Assembly (NCBI GenBank): GCA_002498285.1
Contig: DAGU01000023.1
Location: 22,148 to 86,147, forward strand
Length of the DNA stretch: 64,000 nucleotides
Direction of reading: 5' to 3'
From: Methanomassiliicoccus sp. UBA386
Lineage (GTDB): Archaea; Thermoplasmatota; Thermoplasmata; Methanomassiliicoccales; Methanomassiliicoccaceae
A program made the translations under genes and the position numbers. The notes beneath the pieces were generated by a model that was not told where the DNA came from, did no database searches, and saw only the letters and a program-made list of their open reading frames with translations. Shown piece by piece: positions 19,915 to 28,788 of the stretch (positions are counted from its first letter, which is position 1; every line of letters begins with the position of its first letter).

Positions 19915-19998
19915 TCACATGGGGAAGTGGCCCCAGACGATCGATATGTAGGTGACCGCTACCACCGCGAACAGTTTCAGGTAGGTAAATTTGAACAT
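19915..19998 (-). CDS. Small hydrophobic peptide, copy 1 (27 aa, MFKFTYLKLFAVVAVTYISIVWGHFPM)
   Basis: Strong GGAGGTGA RBS; paralog 276 bp away with many synonymous differences; below the ORF-track cutoff. Confidence 0.8.
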   Translation of the reverse strand: MFKFTYLKLFAVVAVTYISIVWGHFPM

Positions 19999-20001
19999 TC
20001 C

Positions 20002-20033
20002 TTTCACCTCCTTTCCGCTTTTTCCCCACCGGG
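20002..20033 (-). repeat. 32-nt leader identical to 20278-20309 (contains RBS)
   Basis: CCCGGTGGGGAAAAAGCGGAAAGGAGGTGAAA occurs twice. Confidence 0.95.
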
Positions 20034-20058
20034 GATGTTCTTTTTTGTGAGGGGAAAG

Positions 20059-20090
20059 TATTTATTGTTATCTAAGTTGATTATGTTAAT
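20059..20090 (-). promoter_or_regulatory. TATA box (AATAAATA) plus TATC-N6-GATT palindrome for peptide 1
   Basis: Same spacing to the leader as in copy 2. Confidence 0.6.
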
Positions 20091-20152
20091 AATGTCATAT
20101 GATTGTTCACGGCCAGATGATATAGTGTGATGATGGCACGTGTTCGCGCCGA

Positions 20153-20191
20153 TAAAAAAGGGAAAGTGTTGAGGGAGCCCGAGCCTCTCAA
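20153..20191 (-). terminator. Putative terminator of peptide gene 2
   Basis: TTGAG...CTCAA hairpin over the stop codon, then CTTTCCCTTTTTT. Confidence 0.55.
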
Positions 20192-20274
20192 AGGCCGTTG
20201 AAGTACCCCCAGCTGATGGCGATGTAGGTCAAGGCCACGACCGCGCATACTTTCAAATAAGTAAATTTGAACAT
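20188..20274 (-). CDS. Small hydrophobic peptide, copy 2 (28 aa, MFKFTYLKVCAVVALTYIAISWGYFNGL)
   Basis: GGAGGTGA RBS; 19/27 identical to copy 1. Confidence 0.8.
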   Translation of the reverse strand: MFKFTYLKVCAVVALTYIAISWGYFNGL

Positions 20275-20277
20275 TCA

Positions 20278-20309
20278 TTTCACCTCCTTTCCGCTTTTTC
20301 CCCACCGGG
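20278..20309 (-). repeat. 32-nt leader identical to 20002-20033
   Basis: Direct sequence identity. Confidence 0.95.
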
Positions 20310-20334
20310 AACGCTGATTTGTTAGAACGTCGCC

Positions 20335-20360
20335 TATTTATTATTATCTTTAATGATAAG
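20335..20360 (-). promoter_or_regulatory. TATA box (AATAAATA) plus TATC-N6-GATA palindrome for peptide 2
   Basis: TTATCTTTAATGATAA adjacent to the TATA box. Confidence 0.6.
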
Positions 20361-20485
20361 TTGAATTAATCAATTGCCCCTAATCAATTGTTATCGGTTT
20401 GGAGGACTTATGCGCTCTAAGCCTGAGAACGGATGGATCAAAAATAAAGGGAAAAGGTTTGGGTTGCTTTCGTGCCGTGTTCCGC

Positions 20486-22465
20486 TCAGAACGCCTCGAA
20501 CTCGATCAGCAGCGCTCCGATGGCCAGCTTCCCTTCGCCGAAGACGAAGGTGCAGTCATCGAGGTACAGCTCCTGTCCCTCCATGTAGGAGAGGAAAGCA
20601 TAGATGTCCACCTCTACCTCCTCGCAGCCGAAGCAGAAGGAGAGAGAGTCGCAGTCGCTGACGTAGTCCTCGGAGGCTAGAGTGATGTCCCTGACCTCAC
20701 CGGCAGCGCACTTGGAGCTGCTGAGGTGGATGGCCAGGTCGAAGTGCTCGGCCTCGCAGACGCAGTCGTTGGCCCAGACCATTCCGCAGAAGGCGATGTC
20801 GGTGCACACATCGATGGTGCTCTTCTCATCGGTGTTGGTCACCACGACCAGCTGGCGGTAGGAGAATGCGGCCTCGACATTGAGGGACGCGCACTCACCG
20901 AACGGGATCATGTCGCAGCTCTCCATCTCCGCTACCGTCTCCACCGTGATCATGTCAGGGTAGAGGGGCAGGCAAAGGGGGGCGTATGCGTAGACGCCGT
21001 CGACCCCCGCGTCGTCATCGTAGTTGCAGATCCCGACATATGCCTGGTTGCGGAACTGGAAGGAAGCCAGACCAGCAAGCTCAAGGTCGTCGACGGTGAA
21101 GGTCACCTCATACGGGTAGTAGTACCATTCACCGGGGAAGATCATGGGCTTGCAGGAGGTGTCCACCTCAACGCAGGCGATGTCGACCCAGCAGTCGCCG
21201 TCAAGGGCGGCCATGGGCGCCTCGGGATCGATGCGGAGCATCTGGATGGTGTCGATTATCCTCAGCCCGTCAGTGGGGTAGCAGCCAAGGTTGGTGACCT
21301 TGATGGCTCCGGCCACGGTCAGGGTGTGGATGTTGTCGGTGCACTCGGCCTCCACGATCTGGGGCTCGGTGAGATCCTCATCAGCCAGCTCGGCAGAGCC
21401 GATGTAGATGAAGGTCTCAGGGTCCAGCTCGTAGCGGATGTACTCGGTCCAGCCGATCACGGCAGCGGTCTTCTCGACGCACAGAGTGGTCTCGTCCTCG
21501 CCGGTGGTGACGGTCAGCGGGGCCACGGCGGTAAGGCACTGCTCGGTGTCACAGGTCACAAGGGTGGCCTGGTTGGCGATGCAGTAGGTGTTGTACCTGG
21601 GCGCCTCGCGGTTCTCCAGCAGGAACTCTACGCAGATGTTCCACTCATTGCAGTCGTCGCCTCCCAGTACCCACGGACCGACCTCGGTCAGGGGTATGGC
21701 GGCAAACCCGGCGGGAATGCTGAAGTAGTCGGTGAGGGTAGCGACCTCATCGATCACGATGCACTCCTTCTTGCACGGCAGGTCAAACTCTGCACACGCC
21801 TGGACGCCGAAGGCGCAGCCATCGTTGCCATCGAAGTTGGTGATGGTTACGTCAGCGACGTTGCGGAGTTCGCACTCGATCTTATCGCTGCCGAGCAGCA
21901 CCTCGTAGCAGTAGGTGTAGCACTCGCCGGCCTCCAGGATGGGCTTGGCGCTGACATCCACGCTGACGCAGACAAGGTCCTCGAACTCGCAACCGTTCCA
22001 AACCTGGACGATGTCGGTGATGGCAAGGCCCTCGGTGGGGCAGTCGCCGGTGTTGGTCACGGTGATGGCACCGCGCACGCCGAACACTTCCTCGATGCAG
22101 ACGGATCGGTCAACATCGATCGTGTATGACAGCTCGACGCACTCACCGGGCTCGATCTGCATCTCAGAAACGTTGTCCTTGAGGTGCTTCTCGATCTCCC
22201 AGCTGTAAACGGTCCTCTTCTCCCAGAATCCAGTGGCGGTCTTGGTGGCCGTTATGGTCGTGACTGACGGTTCAGGGTCTCCGGGCACTTCATTCGTAGG
22301 GTCCTTGCCCTCATCCTTGGGGTCGTCCCCATTTGGAAGCTTGTCCTTGTCTCCCGTGTCCGCACTCCCGGTGGAGAGCGGGCCCTGATCCAATGCCACC
22401 ACGACGGCGGCCATTACGATCGCTAGAGCTACCGCTAGGGCAGCAATCTTGCTTGCTTTTTTCAT
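20486..22465 (-). CDS. Secreted/membrane-anchored acidic, Cys-rich beta-sandwich surface protein (DUF11/isopeptide-like repeats)
   Basis: MKKASK plus hydrophobic signal/anchor, low-complexity D/K/P linker, repeated (A/E)xKT...I(T/K)VTNxG...ID/TD...NxA motifs, about 36 Cys. Confidence 0.8.
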   Translation of the reverse strand: MKKASKIAALAVALAIVMAAVVVALDQGPLSTGSADTGDKDKLPNGDDPKDEGKDPTNEVPGDPEPSVTTITATKTATGFWEKRTVYSWEIEKHLKDNVSEMQIEPGECVELSYTIDVDRSVCIEEVFGVRGAITVTNTGDCPTEGLAITDIVQVWNGCEFEDLVCVSVDVSAKPILEAGECYTYCYEVLLGSDKIECELRNVADVTITNFDGNDGCAFGVQACAEFDLPCKKECIVIDEVATLTDYFSIPAGFAAIPLTEVGPWVLGGDDCNEWNICVEFLLENREAPRYNTYCIANQATLVTCDTEQCLTAVAPLTVTTGEDETTLCVEKTAAVIGWTEYIRYELDPETFIYIGSAELADEDLTEPQIVEAECTDNIHTLTVAGAIKVTNLGCYPTDGLRIIDTIQMLRIDPEAPMAALDGDCWVDIACVEVDTSCKPMIFPGEWYYYPYEVTFTVDDLELAGLASFQFRNQAYVGICNYDDDAGVDGVYAYAPLCLPLYPDMITVETVAEMESCDMIPFGECASLNVEAAFSYRQLVVVTNTDEKSTIDVCTDIAFCGMVWANDCVCEAEHFDLAIHLSSSKCAAGEVRDITLASEDYVSDCDSLSFCFGCEEVEVDIYAFLSYMEGQELYLDDCTFVFGEGKLAIGALLIEFEAF

Positions 22466-22543
22466 TCAAACCCCCCTTGAAAGTGTTTGTGAAGTTTGTT
22501 GGGAGCAATTAACTAAAAAAGGTTTCTATGAAAATTGGATAAT

Positions 22544-22567
22544 AATATCATGTATGATAATGTTAAT
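22544..22567. promoter_or_regulatory. Palindromic operator-like site TATCAT-GT-ATGATA upstream of the surface-protein gene
   Basis: Perfect 6-bp inverted repeat; resembles the sites at 20069 and 20345. Confidence 0.5.
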
Positions 22568-22621
22568 CTGCGATCGGGTTGAGGGGGCCAGAACCGGTCC
22601 CATGTCACGGGAAACCGTCCT

Positions 22622-23410
22622 TCACTCCTCTTCATCGGGCGCTTCGCACATGCCGTGATATTCGCACCACCGGCACAGCGGGCTCTGCCGCCGGGGGAAG
22701 CGAGCGCACTCCTCTATCATCTCTATCAGGGCGGAGGTTTCCGCCTCGAGCTCCTCCAGCTGCTCCGCCGTCCGATGGCTGCGGACCTGCTTGTCATGGG
22801 CCAGGTAGTGCCACACCAGGTGCACCTCCCTGACGTCCGGGAACGAACGCCGCACGCCTATCTCGTAGAGTGCGAGCTGGCGGTCCTTTCCCATGCTAGC
22901 GGGCGATGGCATCCTCTTGCCAGTCTTATAATCATGGATTTCGTAGACGCCATCGCCGAGGCAGGTAAGACGGTCCACATATCCGATCATCTCATGCTCC
23001 CTTTTCCCGGAGATGCGGAACCTGAGCTCATGCTCCAGGCCCACCGTGCTGCCCTCCTGGAAGGGCTGATGGGAACGATAATAGGCCATCAGCATGTTCT
23101 GCGCCCTGAGCAGATGATCGTGCGGCGAGGAATCCTTCCTCACCGTGAAGACCGAACGGTCGAACAGCTCGTCCCATCGGTTCCGCAGGTGCGACGCCAG
23201 CTCCTTCCATTCCACCATCTGGCCTTCCCTAGCCCGTGCGTACAGGTGCTCCAGGGACTCGTGGACCAGCGAACCGGTGAAGGCCTCGATGCCCACCGCC
23301 TCCTGCACCTCGACCTTGTCTATATAGCGAAGCTTGTATCGGCAGGGGCATTGCTCGAATATGTTCAGACGGGAATGGGAGTACGGTTCGATGGTCATTG
23401 CCGCGGTCAT
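22622..23410 (-). CDS. PD-(D/E)XK RecB/AddB/Cas4-like nuclease with Fe-S staple
   Basis: SHSRL...QCP, GYVDRL, DYKTG, QLALY, C-terminal CRWCEY..MC. Confidence 0.88.
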   Translation of the reverse strand: MTAAMTIEPYSHSRLNIFEQCPCRYKLRYIDKVEVQEAVGIEAFTGSLVHESLEHLYARAREGQMVEWKELASHLRNRWDELFDRSVFTVRKDSSPHDHLLRAQNMLMAYYRSHQPFQEGSTVGLEHELRFRISGKREHEMIGYVDRLTCLGDGVYEIHDYKTGKRMPSPASMGKDRQLALYEIGVRRSFPDVREVHLVWHYLAHDKQVRSHRTAEQLEELEAETSALIEMIEECARFPRRQSPLCRWCEYHGMCEAPDEEE

Positions 23411-23519
23411 TGCGAGCCTTGCGACATCCTTAATACTATCTCTGAACCAACCTGGCAGGAGCGATATAGGCTTCCCGTTCGTCGAACATGCGTGACGGGG
23501 ACATCAGGATGACAATGTT

Positions 23520-24296
23520 TCAGGCCCTCAGGAAATCATCACAGTAAAGCTGCTCGTTCATCAGCACCTGCCCCGCCTTCAGCACTTTCATCAGCTCCTC
23601 GTCCTCGGGGTCCATGATGGCTGCTGATAGGCCAGCCCCCATGAGCATGGCCAGGAAGGTCCTGTTGAGCAGACTGCGCTGCTTGGTGCCGTTGGAGACG
23701 TTGCTCAGGCCAACCACCGTCCGGGGGGCCGGCTCGTTGAGCAGCTGGAACGCCTGCACCGCCTGAACGACCTTGCGGCCCTGGTCCTGGGCTGCCCCGA
23801 CCGGCAGGACCAGAGGGTCCAGCAGCAGCCGCTCGGGCATGATGTCCAGCTCCATGGCCCTGGTCATCATCAGCATGGCCATCTCCGCCCGGGCATCGGC
23901 GGAGTTGGGAACGCCCCTCTCGTCCATGCACAGGCAGATAAGCTCCGCATCGTACTCCCGGCACAGGGGGAAGAAGCGCTCCATCTTCTTCTCCTCGGCG
24001 GTGGTGGAGTTCATGATCACCTTGTCGCGGGCGGCCCTCAGACCGGCCTCCATCGTCTTCGGTCCGGAGGTATCGATGCACAGTGGCTCTGACACCACGT
24101 CCTGGACCGTGCGCACGAGCCAATCCATGGCCGCCGGGGCGTCATCCCTCCCCGGGCCGACGTTCACATCGAGCGCTTGGGCCCCATGCTCAACCTGACG
24201 TACCGCCAGGCCCTGGATGAACTTCGAGTCGCGGGCATCGATGGCCTTGCCCACCGAGGTGAACAGGCCGTTGATCCTTTCGCTGATGATGAGCAT
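23520..24296 (-). CDS. acsE: Pterin-binding methyl-THF:corrinoid methyltransferase (AcsE-like)
   Basis: MLIISERING, LDVNVG, IDT, MNST, LDPL, GLSNVS, AIMDP. Start reassigned to ATG 24296. Confidence 0.85.
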   Translation of the reverse strand: MLIISERINGLFTSVGKAIDARDSKFIQGLAVRQVEHGAQALDVNVGPGRDDAPAAMDWLVRTVQDVVSEPLCIDTSGPKTMEAGLRAARDKVIMNSTTAEEKKMERFFPLCREYDAELICLCMDERGVPNSADARAEMAMLMMTRAMELDIMPERLLLDPLVLPVGAAQDQGRKVVQAVQAFQLLNEPAPRTVVGLSNVSNGTKQRSLLNRTFLAMLMGAGLSAAIMDPEDEELMKVLKAGQVLMNEQLYCDDFLRA

Positions 24297-24416
24297 GGTC
24301 TCAACGAGCAAAGCGGGGAAGCGGTTAAAAGATTTTGTCGCACCCCGCAGCCTCTTTCCTGGGAATGCAGGGAGAAGAACGATATCCGTCCAATGCGATG
24401 CTGTATCGGTGACAAC

Positions 24417-24752
24417 ATGGACAACGAACGATACATGTCCGAGAAGGAGATGGAGGAAGAGATGGACGAAGAGCTCGACCGCATGGAGATGGGGGGCATC
24501 GAGGTCCCCAATACCGAGGACGTGATCGTGGACGTAAGCTTCGGCGATCCCGAGGACGACGAGGCGGAAGAGCAGAGGGTCCTCAACTGGGTGGCGAGCT
24601 TTCCTCCGGGACATTACCAGAAACAGGTCGCTGACCTCTTCCTATCGGAAGGAGAGATCTATGTGATGATGGACAAGATGAGCGTCACCATCCCGCTGTT
24701 CGACGTGCTCCAGCTTCTGGAAAGGGGAGGCCTCTTCGAGAAGAAGGATTGA
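24417..24752 (+). CDS. Acidic hypothetical protein
   Basis: GGTGA RBS before ATG 24417; typical codon usage. Confidence 0.65.
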   Translation: MDNERYMSEKEMEEEMDEELDRMEMGGIEVPNTEDVIVDVSFGDPEDDEAEEQRVLNWVASFPPGHYQKQVADLFLSEGEIYVMMDKMSVTIPLFDVLQLLERGGLFEKKD

Positions 24753-24859
24753 GCCTCCGGCCGGTTGGCCGCTCCTCTCAAGAACGTTTTTATCCAGCTC
24801 CGCATTATAGCGATGGCAATCCTTCTGCGATTGCCCCAATCCGATTTGGAGGCATTCAT

Positions 24860-26413
<1,554 letters not shown>

Positions 26414-26745
26414 TCGCAGCGCGCTGCCCTCACAATATCCCGGGGCGTGGACCGCCAGGGCGTCCGCCACCGGCAGCCCTGGCCCGAGTGCGCTAAGAGG
26501 CTCCCAGACGGCACTCCGCCTTCAGCTCACGCAACCAGCAGGCCGGCCTCGATGTCAGAACCATGGGCGGCGCCTTAGCGATCGCAGGCCGACCATATCG
26601 GGCATGGTCGACGCCATGGAGGTTCCGCTGATAGGAGCTCATGCAGAGGAGACGTCCGCGAGGCCGAATTACTAATATTCTCTCATAATTTCAAATATGT
26701 TTTAATATCATGAGCAATTAATGGTCCTGCCGGTAAGAGCAATAA

Positions 26746-27030
26746 ATGCAGAGGCAGAGAATGGACGAGCTCACCAGGTGGGTCCTTAGCGTGGACCGGC
26801 GGGCGCTGGTCATGAGGGCTCTGGAGACCAGCAGCGCATTCAGCGCATCAGAGATCGCCTCCCGCTCGGGCCGGTCGGTGCAGAACATCAGCCGGGCCCT
26901 CCGCGAGCTAGAAGAACGAGGCCTCGTCGAATGCCTCACTCCCGAGAAGCCTTCCTGGAAGCGGTACCTATTGACCCCGAGGGGGAGGGCTGTCCTAGAC
27001 GACCTCAAGGCCATCGAACTGATCGCATGA
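26746..27030 (+). CDS. Winged-helix transcriptional regulator
   Basis: SASEIA...SVQNISRALRELEERGLVEC...YLLTPRG. Confidence 0.8.
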   Translation: MQRQRMDELTRWVLSVDRRALVMRALETSSAFSASEIASRSGRSVQNISRALRELEERGLVECLTPEKPSWKRYLLTPRGRAVLDDLKAIELIA

Positions 27031-27065
27031 ACCGGCGAGCATCATGATCCAAAGCAGGTGATACC

Positions 27066-28529
27066 GTGGAACGCAAGATACCCCGTTGCATGAGCACCCA
27101 GCACCCCGACAACGTTCATCTCCCCTTCTTCGCGGAATCCGCCGATCTGGGCGGGGAGGACGAGATACAGGAGGCGTACTACGCGTTCTCCCATCTGGGA
27201 TGCGATGAGCAGATGTGGGACTGCGAAGGCAAGGAAGTGGACAACTTCGTAGTGAAGAAGTTGCTCTCCAAGTACGAGTGGTACTTCCGACAGAACCACC
27301 TCGGCAAGGACGTCTTCCTCACCCTCAGGGTGCCCAACCCCACCATAGAGAAGGATGAGGCCAAGATATTGCTGGAGACGCTGGAGTCGATCCCGCGGTC
27401 CTTCGACACCGCACGGCTGTTCTATCAGGACGACGTGCCGCCCATCTTCGAGGTCATCCTGCCGATGACGTCCTCGGCCATCTCCCTGGACCGTATCTAC
27501 CGCTACTACCGCGACTTCGTGGTGGGGAAGCAGAACATCTCCTTCCGAAAGGGGGACGCCACCCTGGCCGAGTGGATCGGGACTTTCGAACCGTCCAGCA
27601 TCAACGTCATTCCGCTGTTCGAGGACCTCAAGAACATGCTGCAGTCCGATGCCATCACCCGAGAGTATCTCAGGGACAAAGAGGTGGAGTATCAGCGGGT
27701 GTTCCTGGCAAGGTCGGACCCCGCCATGAACTATGGACAGGTGTCCGCCATCCTCATGAACAAGGTGGCGCTGCATCGCCTGCAGATGCTCGAGGAGGAG
27801 CTGTCCATTCCGATATATCCGATCATCGGGGTGGGCTCCGCGCCCTTCCGTGGAAATCTGAAGCCGGATAACGTCGAGCACATCATGAGCGAGTACCCCT
27901 CGGTGCAAACATTCACCGTGCAGTCGGCGTTCAAGTTCGACAATCCCCACGACCATGTGATGAGGGGGATCAGCTCCATCAATGAGGGCTCTCGATGCAA
28001 GGCCAAGGAGGTCGACGAGGAGATGAGCCGGCAGATCATCGATCGCTGCTCCAACGCCTACCGTGAGTCCCTCATAAAGATCGCTCCGCTCATCAACGAG
28101 GTCTCGGCGTTCGTGCCCCGCCGCCGCAAGAGGAAGCTGCATATCGGCCTGTTCGGCTACTCTCGCAGCCTGGAAGGCATCAAGCTGCCCCGGGCCATCG
28201 GCTTCTGCTGCTCCTTCTACTCGCTAGGGATCCCCCCCGAGGTCCTGGGGCTGGACGGCCTGACGGAAAGGGACGTCGAATTCGTGAGAGAGGTCTCGCC
28301 TCATTTCGACGACAATATGCGGGACGCCCTGAAGTTCATGAACCCGGAGTCCATGAAGCTCCTCCCCGATAAGGTGATGCGGGCCGTGGAGGCGCTGGAA
28401 CTGGATGTCGATTACGACGAGGAACACCGGGCGCTCACCTCCCAGATCATGAGCCTCCTTCGCAACGGAGGCAGGGGAATGGAGGAATCGGTCCTGCGGG
28501 CGGCGAACCTGAGAGGCTTCCTGGGCTGA
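27066..28529 (+). CDS. ppcA: Archaeal-type phosphoenolpyruvate carboxylase
   Basis: IPRCMSTQHPDN, MWDCEGK, ARSDPAMNYG, PFRG, LPRAIGF. Confidence 0.95.
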   Translation: MERKIPRCMSTQHPDNVHLPFFAESADLGGEDEIQEAYYAFSHLGCDEQMWDCEGKEVDNFVVKKLLSKYEWYFRQNHLGKDVFLTLRVPNPTIEKDEAKILLETLESIPRSFDTARLFYQDDVPPIFEVILPMTSSAISLDRIYRYYRDFVVGKQNISFRKGDATLAEWIGTFEPSSINVIPLFEDLKNMLQSDAITREYLRDKEVEYQRVFLARSDPAMNYGQVSAILMNKVALHRLQMLEEELSIPIYPIIGVGSAPFRGNLKPDNVEHIMSEYPSVQTFTVQSAFKFDNPHDHVMRGISSINEGSRCKAKEVDEEMSRQIIDRCSNAYRESLIKIAPLINEVSAFVPRRRKRKLHIGLFGYSRSLEGIKLPRAIGFCCSFYSLGIPPEVLGLDGLTERDVEFVREVSPHFDDNMRDALKFMNPESMKLLPDKVMRAVEALELDVDYDEEHRALTSQIMSLLRNGGRGMEESVLRAANLRGFLG

Positions 28530-28618
28530 AGGCGATTCCGATAGGGCGGCAATAATTCCAATCCAGAGGTTCGTAGCCCAGGCTTTATCATCCTGTCCGA
28601 CATTTAGCGGACGTTATT

Positions 28619-28741
28619 ATGGATGGGAGCTCGGAAGGATCGGGAAATGACCCTAGGCATACGATATACCTGCGGCGCCGGGCCGATTGGGAATATCTGG
28701 AGGAGGACTACGGGGGCATGGAGGATGAGGACTGGTACTGA
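28619..28741 (+). CDS. Putative 40-aa acidic/aromatic small protein
   Basis: MDGSSEGSGNDPRHTIYLRRRADWEYLEEDYGGMEDEDWY; CTTTATCA about 30 nt upstream. Confidence 0.4.
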   Translation: MDGSSEGSGNDPRHTIYLRRRADWEYLEEDYGGMEDEDWY

Positions 28742-28788
28742 GCCCATGTCCATGAGCGTTAAATAACGGTCATCTTATTGTTCAGCGC

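Noticed and set aside
19838-20305. ORF-track entries 19838..20029 and 20081..20305 (MGKKRKGG...)
   Set aside because: Off-frame shadows of the duplicated peptide genes. Their 'KGGE' is the RBS, and synonymous divergence supports the MFKFTYLK frame.
22622-23410. CRISPR-Cas locus
   Set aside because: Cas4-like gene only; no repeat-spacer array or other cas genes
26540-26630. Nested hairpin CGACCAT/ATGGTCG after purH
   Set aside because: Plausible by chance in GC-rich DNA; no promoter/terminator pairing
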